DNA of 64,000 nucleotides from an uncultured Candidatus Saccharimonadales bacterium (GTDB lineage Bacteria; Patescibacteriota; Saccharimonadia; UBA4664), in contig CAZSRA010000003.1 in assembly GCA_964609585.1 (NCBI GenBank), forward strand, positions 35,405 through 99,404, in the 5' to 3' direction. Of the stretch, positions 28,035 to 37,532 are shown piece after piece. The position numbers were made by a program, and so were the translations under genes. Under the pieces are notes generated by a model. It searched no databases. It was not told the DNA's origin and saw only the letters and a list, made by a program, of their open reading frames with translations. How positions within the stretch are numbered: position 1 is the first letter of the stretch; each line of letters opens with the position of its first letter.

Positions 28035-29190
28035 ATTTCGCTTCAAAGCGTAGGTAGCCGGTCGCGAGTAGGGCGATAAGTGCTAGCCCCGCAAACACCA
28101 GTACCAGCTGGTAGGCAATGAAGATGTTGGCTTTGTCGGTAAGATAGCCAAATATGAGGCCCAAGGGCAATAGCACCAAGTTTGAAGCGAACGACAGGGT
28201 GGAAATGGTGGTGGCCCGGATATCCGAGCTTACGCGGTCTTGGACCTGCGTTACGGTTTGATTTTGAATCGCATTTGTGAGGAGCGCTACGAGCAAAAAA
28301 GCGAGGAGGAACCAGCGGGAAGGAAGGAGCGAAAATGCAGCCAATGCGACAATTACCAGAGGGTAGAGGAATATGATCTTTGCGCCAAATTTATGTGCGT
28401 ATATTGAACCAATGGCGGCGGTTAGTGCCATGAAGCCGAAGGCGACGCCGACCCAGATGGTGCTTAGGTTCAGGCCGAGATAATAGAGCTGGCCGTATTC
28501 GGTCTGCGTGCCTTTTATAACCGTGACCGCTACTGAGATGAGGGTGAGGACACGCAGGACTTGGGTATGGCCGATAGCCCTAAAGGATTTTTGCATGTGG
28601 GCCATATAATTTCGATCGGCTACTACTTTGTGATATTTAGGCTCATCAATGGCTGCGATAACGAGGAGATTTGCGAAACACGGTATAAGCGTTAGTAAGT
28701 AAGCTGCAGACAGTGTGCTATGCTCGCCGATAAATCCGCTGGCGATCGACGCGATAAAGATACCGGCCAGAAATGCGGCATAGGTGGCGCCTTGCACGCG
28801 GCCATAATCCTTTTCGCGGTGGTGACTTTTAAGCGAATCGTAGGTTAGGGCCTGGAAGGTGCCAGAGGTGGTGACGACATAAAGTGCATATATAACGGTG
28901 CCAACTAGGTAGCCAGCAAGCGAATGGCTCGTGCCGAGGACAACAGTGCTAACGGCCAGAAAGATTATGGCCATAATTAGTGTATATTTGCGGCTCCAAC
29001 GATCAGCAAGCACCCCGGCCGGCACATCGAGCAAGAGCAGGGTAAGGAGAAAAACCATCGCGTTTAGGGCGATTCCAAAAGCGCTAATGCCAATGGAGCG
29101 CATAAAAACTTTTTCGATGCCGTACCAAAATACCAGGCCGGTGAGAAAATTGGAGAGGTATAGCTGCGGTATATTTGTTCGAGTTACCAT
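27994..29190 (-). CDS. MFS transporter (12-TMS)
   Basis: 12 hydrophobic segments. MFS motif A-like ADRWSRK. Confidence 0.8.
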   Translation of the reverse strand: MVTRTNIPQLYLSNFLTGLVFWYGIEKVFMRSIGISAFGIALNAMVFLLTLLLLDVPAGVLADRWSRKYTLIMAIIFLAVSTVVLGTSHSLAGYLVGTVIYALYVVTTSGTFQALTYDSLKSHHREKDYGRVQGATYAAFLAGIFIASIASGFIGEHSTLSAAYLLTLIPCFANLLVIAAIDEPKYHKVVADRNYMAHMQKSFRAIGHTQVLRVLTLISVAVTVIKGTQTEYGQLYYLGLNLSTIWVGVAFGFMALTAAIGSIYAHKFGAKIIFLYPLVIVALAAFSLLPSRWFLLAFLLVALLTNAIQNQTVTQVQDRVSSDIRATTISTLSFASNLVLLPLGLIFGYLTDKANIFIAYQLVLVFAGLALIALLATGYLRFEAKFSPAPSLLSKNEQ

Positions 29191-29247
29191 GGCAATAGCT
29201 TAGCATGGGCACCTTCGTGGTCTATTTTTACGGTATGATGAAGGGCA

Positions 29248-29805
29248 ATGAACACTTATGCAGTACTCATTCGTGGAATCAATGTGGGGGGCAAAAATCA
29301 TGTGCCGATGGCGGACCTGCGCGAATGCCTCGAGGCTTTAGGATTTTCGCAAGTATCGACCCATATTGCTAGTGGTAACGTGATCTTGAAGTCTCATAAA
29401 AGTGCGGTTGAAATAAAAACGCTGATTGAGGAGGCTTTGCCCGCGCGGTTTAGGCTTGAGAACGAATTTGTGAAGGTTTTGGTGCTGACTGGCGATCAAT
29501 TGCGAGCAATTATCCGGGACAAGCCCGAACATTTTGGTGAGCAGCCAGATAAATACCATAGTGACGCCATCTTTTTGATGGGCATTGATGCGGCTCAGGC
29601 TATGTTGGTGTTTGATCCGAGGGAAGGGGTTGATACGATCTGGCCGGGCAAAGGCGTGATCTATTCTCAGCGACTGAGCGCTATGCGCACCAAGAGCCGG
29701 CTGAGCAAAATTGTGGGTACGCCGGCCTACCGTTCGATGACTATTCGAGGGTGGAATACAACGATGAAGTTGCTGGCGATGCTTGAGGGCTTGGGTGCTT
29801 CGTGA
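29248..29805 (+). CDS. DUF1697-family protein
   Basis: N-terminal YAVLIRGINVGGKNHVPMADLRECLEALGF signature of DUF1697. Confidence 0.7.
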   Translation: MNTYAVLIRGINVGGKNHVPMADLRECLEALGFSQVSTHIASGNVILKSHKSAVEIKTLIEEALPARFRLENEFVKVLVLTGDQLRAIIRDKPEHFGEQPDKYHSDAIFLMGIDAAQAMLVFDPREGVDTIWPGKGVIYSQRLSAMRTKSRLSKIVGTPAYRSMTIRGWNTTMKLLAMLEGLGAS

Positions 29806-29808
29806 CGG

Positions 29809-30570
29809 TTATTTGCTAGCTATTTTTGAAACAGGTTGGTCGAGATAATCTTGCACGAGTTTTGCGAGCAATAAACCGCCTTTGCTGCTTAGGTGGATGC
29901 CGTCGACATGAAACATCCAGCCGTTTTGAGTCGCCACTTTATCGAGTGACTGTCCGAAGATAAATTCGCGAATCGTATCCCAGTAAAAGCTACGGAATCT
30001 AAAGGCGGTGAAATCTTTGCGGTTTTTTGAATCTAGAATGGCCCGATGCATTTCTTCGTATAGCGGGATGTAATATAGCTTTTCGGAACTGGCAACTTCT
30101 TTGATGATGGCCGAGTATTCGGCAAAACGGCGGTTGAGCTCGGTTTGAACCGGGTTGATAGACTCGGGGTTCTCCCCTACTTCAGACAGGGACATAATCG
30201 CAATATCGTGGGTACCCGCTGCCCGGAGCTTGTCGACCATAGTGATAAGGTTGCGACGGAAGTTTTCGGGTGTGGGAGCTTCGGGGAGGTTTTTGGCCCC
30301 ACCCATAAATTTGAGCACATTGTCGAATACGGCAAGCATAATGTCGTTCCAGCCAAAGGCTAAAATGACTTTTTGAGGATTGGCCGCAATAACCTTGGGC
30401 AAACGTTTCACGCCGTTGTAAGCCGGATCGCCACCCACTCCGAAATTTAGCAGCTTGTAGCGAGCGTTCTCAGGGCGTTTTTGTAAATCTTTGATCCAGT
30501 TAAAACTGCCCAAACCTCTCGTAATACTCGCACCGTGGCAAGCAACAATGATTTTGTCTTGCTCGTTCAT
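29809..30570 (-). CDS. SGNH/GDSL-family hydrolase
   Basis: Block I GASIT, block III GGDP, block V near the C-terminus (DGIHLS). Confidence 0.7.
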   Translation of the reverse strand: MNEQDKIIVACHGASITRGLGSFNWIKDLQKRPENARYKLLNFGVGGDPAYNGVKRLPKVIAANPQKVILAFGWNDIMLAVFDNVLKFMGGAKNLPEAPTPENFRRNLITMVDKLRAAGTHDIAIMSLSEVGENPESINPVQTELNRRFAEYSAIIKEVASSEKLYYIPLYEEMHRAILDSKNRKDFTAFRFRSFYWDTIREFIFGQSLDKVATQNGWMFHVDGIHLSSKGGLLLAKLVQDYLDQPVSKIASK

Positions 30571-31217
30571 AGAACCTCCTTAGCTTTTTCTATGATTAAC
30601 CCGTCCACAATAAAACCGACGAGCCAATCTCTACCGTTGGCTTTCGAAGCGTAAGGTTCTTCTCCAGGAATAAGCGCGGCATGGAGTGACGCGGTGGCGG
30701 TATACGCCAGACACAGATTTATGAGCATGAATGCCTGAAAAGTAGAAGCGACGCCGGGTCGAAGTTGTGCCCGAGACTGAGCGTCCGCAAAACGAGCTGC
30801 GAACGCACGCTCGGTCGATGTTTTCGCGAGCCGCGAAGCCACCCGCCGATATGACTGCCACTGGGCTGCCGCTTCCCACGCGAGTATTTGGCGATCATTG
30901 GGATGACTTGAAAGGTAGTCGAGCATAGCGCCGACAAGATCAGATAAGAAAAGCTGGAAGTCGGCCGAGTTTGGTGTCTTTGCTAGGTGGGCGTTTAAGC
31001 TGTCGTTCAGGCGGGCCAGGACGGCGAGGTATAGACCGTCTTTGTTCTCGAAATATTGGCATATGAGGCTGCGATTATAACCCGAGACCTCGGCAATAAT
31101 GTCGAACCTTGCGCCATCGTATCCGGATGCTGCGAAAGCGCTTTCGGCAGCATCGAGTATGGCCTTCTTTGCGATTAAAGGATTGCGTTTGCGCTTGAGG
31201 GTGATTGGAGTTGGCAT
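30567..31217 (-). CDS. TetR/AcrR-family transcriptional regulator
   Basis: N-terminal TetR HTH (ILDAAESAFAASGYDGARFDIIAEVSGYNRSLICQYFENKDGLY). Overlaps the SGNH gene by 4 nt. Confidence 0.8.
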   Translation of the reverse strand: MPTPITLKRKRNPLIAKKAILDAAESAFAASGYDGARFDIIAEVSGYNRSLICQYFENKDGLYLAVLARLNDSLNAHLAKTPNSADFQLFLSDLVGAMLDYLSSHPNDRQILAWEAAAQWQSYRRVASRLAKTSTERAFAARFADAQSRAQLRPGVASTFQAFMLINLCLAYTATASLHAALIPGEEPYASKANGRDWLVGFIVDGLIIEKAKEVL

Positions 31218-31346
31218 TAATTATAACTAACCATTTGTTTAGTTATCTTAATACTGGGATGCGTAATAGCGCAAGTCGGCAAAACCGTAATTAGTTGTTT
31301 GCCGACTTGTGTTTGGATTCCAAAGAGCGACTCAGGCCTTGATTGG

Positions 31347-32207
31347 TTATCTGGCCGAGACGACGACTTGGGTTTGCGAAAGTGCAGATACAAAGCTATC
31401 GATTTGTTGCTTGGTTTGGGTGGGGTAGTTTTTGGCCACGAAATCGGAACGAATCTGACCACTCATTTTACTCCACTGTGAGTCGTAGTTGAGACCGTCA
31501 TGGATTCGAATGTATCCGGTCAAATAAAATGGCTTGCCGTTTAGCTCTGCATAGCCCTCTAGGGTCATGCTAGGTGTATAGCCGTCTACACCCGAAGCTA
31601 CTGTGTAGCAAACGTTAAATACGTCGCTTTTTGTCTTAAACCCGGTTGTGGCGTCTTTTACACAGCTGCTCGTGCGCGTTTTGAGATCGGTGATAAACTT
31701 TGCCTTCTCGGCTGGCGAAGCAGGGGCGCCCTGGGGTGGGTTTTTGGTGGTCGCATTTAACCAAGAGCTACTTAATGCAACCATTGAAATCTCGCTGTTG
31801 CTTCCGGTCGGATCATCGGCTAGGTAGCCAATGCTCCACCGCCCCATTTCATCGTTGAACTTATCGGTGTAACCGGCATTCGCCCCAGGATTTTGAATGG
31901 ATGAACCTATGCGAACAGCTCCCACGGAATTGGGCAGAGAAAGGCTTGTAGCAATGCTGTTTTTGGGCATTTCAAAGGGATATCCTAAGCTTTTGACGGC
32001 AAAGATAGACTTGGCGAGGGTGGGGGTTGGCGAACTGGCACTTTTAGTAGCCGAAACGGTGGTGTCTGAGTTTTGATTTTTCGCATTATGGTAAAGGGCT
32101 CCTAGAAAAATCACTGCACCGATTAGTGCCACAACCAGGACCGACAAAAAAGTAATTGTTGCGTTCCCATCGCGTTTTTGTGGCGCAGCTTGAGTGTCTG
32201 GTGTCAT
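31347..32207 (-). CDS. Hypothetical membrane-anchored extracytoplasmic protein
   Basis: Single N-terminal TM helix, then a Ser/Thr-rich linker and a globular domain. No family recognised. Confidence 0.4.
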   Translation of the reverse strand: MTPDTQAAPQKRDGNATITFLSVLVVALIGAVIFLGALYHNAKNQNSDTTVSATKSASSPTPTLAKSIFAVKSLGYPFEMPKNSIATSLSLPNSVGAVRIGSSIQNPGANAGYTDKFNDEMGRWSIGYLADDPTGSNSEISMVALSSSWLNATTKNPPQGAPASPAEKAKFITDLKTRTSSCVKDATTGFKTKSDVFNVCYTVASGVDGYTPSMTLEGYAELNGKPFYLTGYIRIHDGLNYDSQWSKMSGQIRSDFVAKNYPTQTKQQIDSFVSALSQTQVVVSAR

Positions 32208-32286
32208 ATTCGTACCTTGTTATTGGGATATTTTAGCATAAACGTTATGGCTCGTGTGAAACTCGAGCCGGGGTTACTAGAGTTGA

Positions 32287-32727
32287 TTAGTCTTCTACTT
32301 CTAGCCCGGGATTCCAAATGACTTCCCACAAGTGACCGTCTAAGTCCTCAAAGTAACCTGAGTAAATACCCCACGGCCGATCGTGTGGTTCGGCTGTAAT
32401 GGTAGCACCTGCCGCTTTGGCTTTTTGCAGGAGGGCGTCAACTGCTTCTTTGGAATTAACGGCGTATCCTAGACTAAATTCTGCGGAGCTTGGTGCTCCC
32501 GGCTTAAGACTCGCATCTTTTATTAATTCGGTGCGAGGATACAAAGCAAAAATTAGGCCGCCTTGCAACTCAAAAAATGCCACCGCGCCCGAGGGGTTTG
32601 TGGCGTCGCCCTTAAATTCAGTGCCAATAATGCCCTGTGAGGGAAGGCCAAGCCCGTTTTGATAGAAGCTGAGCGCCTTCTCTAGATCGTTTACTGCGAG
32701 GGTGATGACATTTAGGCGAGGTTTCAT
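32287..32727 (-). CDS. VOC-family (glyoxalase-like) protein
   Basis: LNVITLAVNDLEKALSFYQNGLGL ... paired betaalphabetabetabeta modules. Confidence 0.7.
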   Translation of the reverse strand: MKPRLNVITLAVNDLEKALSFYQNGLGLPSQGIIGTEFKGDATNPSGAVAFFELQGGLIFALYPRTELIKDASLKPGAPSSAEFSLGYAVNSKEAVDALLQKAKAAGATITAEPHDRPWGIYSGYFEDLDGHLWEVIWNPGLEVED

Positions 32728-32997
32728 AGCCTGATTATATCAGTGTAAACGGTTGGATTGGATGGCTTTTTAAGATTGTTTGTGTTCAACGGTGCCGCTT
32801 GCTGGCGGGTGCCCGTTTCGTGTGGTCAGTGGCCGGTGCCGGGGTCCTCGATGAGCGTGAGCGTGGATATGATTGCCTTTCGGCCGAAGAGATGGCCGAG
32901 CAAGCACTCTGTTAGTTTCTTAGTTTATAAAATTGTATTCTGTCAACTATTAGTTTCATCCTATGTTTCTGATTAAGTGATCTGATATATTTGATGT

Positions 32998-33927
32998 ATG
33001 AAAATTACTATTTGCGGCTCTATGCACCACATCGATGGCCTTTTTAAGCTTAAGGACGTTCTCGAGAAGCGAGGCTACGAAGTTGAAGTGCCCGACTTTG
33101 ACGAAGGACCGGGCTATGCGGGGTTAACGGATGAGCAGCACGCTATCAAAAAAGAAGGGTTTATACAGCAGCATCTGGGCAGAATCTCTGATTCAGACGC
33201 AATTTTGATTTATAACGACGAAAAGAACGGGATTGCCGGCTATGTTGGCGGCAATTGTCTGATGGAGATGGCTTTTGCGTATTCGCAAAATATTGAGATA
33301 TTCTTGCTCAATGACGCGAGAGCAATGAGTTATGCTGACGAAATTTATGCGATGCGACCGATTATATTGGGCGGTGAACTTGAGGCGATCGACAATCATT
33401 TTGAGAGTCTGCCGAAGGTATTTGTGAGCAGCAAGAGCCCCATTAAGCTGCGGTCGATAAACCGCGGGATGCGTGCAGCCGGTATTCGTGTCCGCGCACT
33501 GCCACACCCGACACAGTCGAACGTAGCCGAGCAGCCTAGAAATATTGAGGAAACTTACGAAGGCGCCCAAAACCGGCATGAGGCCTTGAAGCACGAGACG
33601 GCCAGCGAGACAGTAGCTTATCTTGCCACTATCGAAAGTGGCCTGTTTGCGGCTCACCCGAAGCACAATGCCTTTAGCAGCACTGTTGTAATTCTTGAGG
33701 CGGTTGGCTCGGAGCGCAAAATTGGCATTAGCGTAGAGCTTGAATACCCGAAAGCAATGACCGACAAAATACCTTCACAATATGCTGATCTTGGTGAGCT
33801 GGTACAGGCAGAGTATGGTTCTGCGTTGAAGGATCCTTTTCCTTACTTCACTGGCGGAAAGATAAACCGGCTCAGATTGGTGGAGAATGCGGTATTTAAT
33901 GTGGCCGTCCAACTAAAGGCAGATTAA
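32998..33927 (+). CDS. Fusion protein: N-terminal nucleoside 2-deoxyribosyltransferase-like (SLOG superfamily) domain plus C-terminal YjjX/DUF84-type non-canonical purine NTP phosphatase (ITPase/XTPase)
   Basis: The N-terminal domain (ICGSMHH ... DAILIYNDEKNGIAGYVGGNCLMEMAFAYS) matches the NDT/SLOG Rossmann-like pattern. The C-terminal domain aligns collinearly with E. coli YjjX: SNVAEQPRNIEETYEGAQNRHEALK, IESGLF and GKINRLRLVENAVFNVAVQL. Confidence 0.55.
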   Translation: MKITICGSMHHIDGLFKLKDVLEKRGYEVEVPDFDEGPGYAGLTDEQHAIKKEGFIQQHLGRISDSDAILIYNDEKNGIAGYVGGNCLMEMAFAYSQNIEIFLLNDARAMSYADEIYAMRPIILGGELEAIDNHFESLPKVFVSSKSPIKLRSINRGMRAAGIRVRALPHPTQSNVAEQPRNIEETYEGAQNRHEALKHETASETVAYLATIESGLFAAHPKHNAFSSTVVILEAVGSERKIGISVELEYPKAMTDKIPSQYADLGELVQAEYGSALKDPFPYFTGGKINRLRLVENAVFNVAVQLKAD

Positions 33928-34183
33928 GAGCTCGACTGCCAATAACAACTTGCAATCTATTAAATAGTAGGTTATTATATATTTCAATACACGCGCAATC
34001 TGTGTTGGGCGCATCCCTCTCTTAATTTGCTTATTTGATCATAACGAAAGCGAAACTCCCCCTCTACTGGGGTGAATCGAATCTTAACCTAAGGCGAAGG
34101 TCAGGCGACCCTCGCGTGATGCTGATCGAAGCATTTTTTGCTGTGTTTTTAATGGTCAGCGACTGCTGAGAAAGATTTGGTTT

Positions 34184-35227
34184 ATGAAGGTTCTTTTGAA
34201 AAAACTTAACAAACATATTGAGATTGTCGGATTCCGCGACCCCCGGCTTAATTTCCAAGCTACTGATTCGCAAATGGCGATGCTCGGCGTGCTCAGTGAG
34301 CTTTATACCAAGGTCGGGGTAACGTTGATAGATGGCGTAGATGACCTTGAAAAGCTCGTGCGAAGACGGCCCGACCTTATCGTTTCAGATATGAAACTAG
34401 TTCTCGGCTCATCCAAATCTGAGAAGTCCAAAGTTTGGCTTTCAACCTATTTTGGAGAGCATGGGATTAACTTTACCGGCTCTCTTATGGAGGCGTTGGC
34501 GCTTGATTCCAATAAACCTGAAGCCAAGCAACGAGTGTTGGACGCAGGCCTGCGGAGTTCTGCCTACTTCATATCCAGGCTTGGTTCATCTACCCAGAAG
34601 CACAATTTGAAATTCCCGCTATTCGTAAAGCCAACCAATCTTAGCGACAGCGAGGGTGTCGATGAAAAATCAATCGTCCACTCTGAGGCCGAGCTTGTGT
34701 CCAAGATTGCATTCATCCACCTGAACTTTGCGTCGGATGCACTGGTAGAAGAGTATTTGCCGGGTCGGGAGTTCAGCGTAGCTGTCATGAGGCAACCTCA
34801 TTCGGATGTGCTGGTGGCGATGCCGATTGAGGTAGTAGCCCCGGCCGATGAAAAGGGTAATAGTTTTTTGAAACAAGTGATAAAAAAAGCCAATACTGAA
34901 AAGGTTCTTGGGGTAGATGACCTTCACTTGAAGGATGCGCTTAGTGCTCTGGCGATAGGCGCCTTTAGAGCCTTGGGTTCTCGCGATTATGGCCGAATTG
35001 ATATGAGACTCGATGCAAACGGCATGCCCAACTTCATTGAGGCCAACCTTTTGCCGGGCCTTTCAACTCACGGCTATTTGTCCAGGTGCCTTTTCATAAA
35101 CCAGAAGATTGGCTACGACGAGATGATTACATCGATCGTTAATTTGGCATTTGAACGAGCCGCCAAGTTGCCCAGGGCTAAAATAAACAGGCCGGTTACA
35201 ATCCAACCCGTTTTAGCGATAAGCTGA
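34184..35227 (+). CDS. D-alanine--D-alanine ligase-family ATP-grasp enzyme
   Basis: Ddl-type ATP-grasp blocks (FPLFVKPTNLSDSEGV; VEEYLPGREFSVAVM; GRIDMRLDANGMPNFIEANLLPGL). Confidence 0.7.
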   Translation: MKVLLKKLNKHIEIVGFRDPRLNFQATDSQMAMLGVLSELYTKVGVTLIDGVDDLEKLVRRRPDLIVSDMKLVLGSSKSEKSKVWLSTYFGEHGINFTGSLMEALALDSNKPEAKQRVLDAGLRSSAYFISRLGSSTQKHNLKFPLFVKPTNLSDSEGVDEKSIVHSEAELVSKIAFIHLNFASDALVEEYLPGREFSVAVMRQPHSDVLVAMPIEVVAPADEKGNSFLKQVIKKANTEKVLGVDDLHLKDALSALAIGAFRALGSRDYGRIDMRLDANGMPNFIEANLLPGLSTHGYLSRCLFINQKIGYDEMITSIVNLAFERAAKLPRAKINRPVTIQPVLAIS

Positions 35228-35305
35228 TTTAAAAGAAGTCGCTTAACAGCCAATCTTCAGCCGTTGAAGCTATACTTGAGACTTAAGGGCTCTTGAAAAA
35301 AGTAC

Positions 35306-35791
35306 GTGAAATCATTACCAAGACTATTACTGGCCTCATATTCATTGCTTCTGTCGTGGCTTGTGCTGTTCAAGCTTTCCTTTGATTTGCCCTCGGTGCT
35401 GAATATTCAAATCAGAAGTCTCAACTTAATCCCCTTTGCTGGTTCTCCCCAGAGTCATGCGGAGATGATTACTAATTTTGTAGTCTTTGTTCCTCTCGGA
35501 CTGCTGCTGGGCGTCAATTTCAGGCATACGAGCTTCTGGCGAAAACTCGCTTTTGTATTCTTGTTTAGCCTGATTGCCGAAGTGATTCAGTTTGTGCTGG
35601 CGATCGGAATCACCGACATAACAGATGTGATAACGAATACTGTGGGCGGGTTTTTTGGCTTGGCGCTCTACGGTCTGGGCAGTAAGTATGTTGATGAAGC
35701 AAGGCTAGACCGATTTATTGTGGTGGTGGGGACGGCGCTATTTATTGCGGTTATGGTGCTTCGTATTTTTGTTTTGAGGGTAAGGTATTAG
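35306..35791 (+). CDS. VanZ-like family membrane protein
   Basis: Four TM helices and VanZ-type motifs (NLIPF; TDITDVITNTVGGFFG). Confidence 0.65.
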   Translation: MKSLPRLLLASYSLLLSWLVLFKLSFDLPSVLNIQIRSLNLIPFAGSPQSHAEMITNFVVFVPLGLLLGVNFRHTSFWRKLAFVFLFSLIAEVIQFVLAIGITDITDVITNTVGGFFGLALYGLGSKYVDEARLDRFIVVVGTALFIAVMVLRIFVLRVRY

Positions 35792-35819
35792 TGCAGAATT
35801 GCCCCTTAACCTTGATGCT

Positions 35820-36209
35820 CTAGTCGGATATATCTCTGGGCCAATGGTAATGAAAATAAAGTAATGGTTCATCCGATTGCTGGATATCACTGTATAGTTC
35901 AAATCGATGAACGTATTGTTTGTCGGATAATTCTCTGGATAAACGAGAAAGGTTTCGTTTTGCGGTATCAAGGGCTTTGAAGTCCCCGGTGAAATTACAA
36001 CTGTTTCCGTCCGAGTCTAGAGTCTCTAAATAGTCGGCGTCCGGGAATGTTATCTTGGCTGTAAAGTTCCGTCCTCCAAAGGCTTCGCGGTAGGACGTTT
36101 GGAAACCGCTATCTGCAAGGGTGTCTACTAATAATTTGAGACCGTTGGGACATTTGATCTCTCCGTAACATCTGTATTCAACTTGTGAGTTGTCATGCTG
36201 CATATACAT
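35820..36209 (-). CDS. Hypothetical protein
   Basis: ORF only. Lies at the start of the AT-rich island. Confidence 0.3.
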   Translation of the reverse strand: MYMQHDNSQVEYRCYGEIKCPNGLKLLVDTLADSGFQTSYREAFGGRNFTAKITFPDADYLETLDSDGNSCNFTGDFKALDTAKRNLSRLSRELSDKQYVHRFELYSDIQQSDEPLLYFHYHWPRDISD

Positions 36210-36684
36210 AATGTATCACGATGAACACGGGGCTCATTAAATACGGGCTATAAATTAATAGGTGCAATGGCTGAGCATATCGGTTTAGAACCTTTTTGGC
36301 CTCAAAATGAGACAAATGAGACACAGCATTGGCTAGCCAAGACTTGACTATTGTAATACATTATGGCGTATTTCAGCCAGATACTCTCGTTACTTACCTT
36401 TTCTCTTCTTTGCTTGAGCTAGAGCGCTTGCGATTGGCCCACGGTCGATCTTTGGTGTACTTTTTTTAGGCAGGTCTTTGCCGGCCTGACTAGCCTCTTT
36501 CTTACTTGTTGTCACTTTAACCTCCTCGATTATCATCTGGTTCAACCATAGTTGTATTAAAAATATTATTCAATACTTATGATTATAAGTCAAATCGCTT
36601 ATGTTATAAATATCAGCTGTACCCATTGGCTTAATTACTAGGGCGTTGGGCCACAATGTACATCTGGTCTTGTTAGCCGGTACT

Positions 36685-37488
36685 TTAATACCTCGACTTC
36701 GGAATACCGCTGACCGTAAATTTCTTGATATCGGGTTCTTTCCGCACTGAATTCATTAGCCCCCAGTAGCAAGAGATGGCCAGATCCGAAGTAATTTCCT
36801 GCGGCACATTATATTCGTAGAGCATTGGGCCCTTCTTGCGATATGCGCGGTCAAACTCGGGTAGCAAATAAGAGTGGATCCCCCATCGAATGTTGTTCAT
36901 CATTTCCGCAACTGTACTGCCATGATAATTTAAGATGTTGTCGTTGAGATTGCCATAAATATCTTCAAGTGCTGCAACTAAGTCGTGGCGAGGCACACGA
37001 CTTTCATCTAATGCTGCGTTTATCTTTGATATAACAGAGGTAAGATGTCCAAAGTGGTGCTTGGCCATGTTCCCCGAGATATTGATGATCTCATGTCTCG
37101 TAAGATTAATAGGCAATTCAACATTAAGATTTGGGGCCCATAATTTTATCGCTACTGTCTGCTGCAGCCAGGCTTGGAATAACATAACCGCTTCCCTTAA
37201 TTGGCTATCAGAACCACCAGCGGCCAAAAGTGGTTGCTTGAGGACTTTGTCCAGTAAGCCCATGCACGAAACGCGGTCTTGTGTAAGCGACACATCTGAA
37301 TTGGGTGAAAGAAAATCCACAAGAATAATATAGAAGAACTTTTGATGCGTAGAAGTAAGAAATCGAGTCTCCGTACGCTCGCCAGAGCCAATAAGCTCAA
37401 TCACCTCTCTATTCACCATTGAATCAATGGAGCCCAGGACGATGCTTAGCCAAATGACCTCAAATTCAAGATCTGTGTAGTGCGTCAT
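36685..37488 (-). CDS. Hypothetical protein, downstream partner of the DUF4145 gene
   Basis: ORF 44 nt downstream of the DUF4145 gene on the same strand. No family recognised. Confidence 0.4.
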   Translation of the reverse strand: MTHYTDLEFEVIWLSIVLGSIDSMVNREVIELIGSGERTETRFLTSTHQKFFYIILVDFLSPNSDVSLTQDRVSCMGLLDKVLKQPLLAAGGSDSQLREAVMLFQAWLQQTVAIKLWAPNLNVELPINLTRHEIINISGNMAKHHFGHLTSVISKINAALDESRVPRHDLVAALEDIYGNLNDNILNYHGSTVAEMMNNIRWGIHSYLLPEFDRAYRKKGPMLYEYNVPQEITSDLAISCYWGLMNSVRKEPDIKKFTVSGIPKSRY

Positions 37489-37532
37489 AAGCTCCCAGTG
37501 ATTATCTATCTGTCTCCAGCACCGAATGACCC

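Noticed and set aside
33928-34183. Known riboswitch (T-box, glycine, c-di-AMP) in the ddl-like leader
   Set aside because: I could not find the conserved T-box or other class-defining motifs. Only generic stem-loops are present. Left as an unexplained long leader.
36398-36536. 48-aa Lys-rich minus-strand ORF with AGGAGG RBS in the 36.2-36.7 kb intergenic region
   Set aside because: Too short and low-complexity to support as a gene without conservation evidence. It could be a small basic protein, but this is unsubstantiated.
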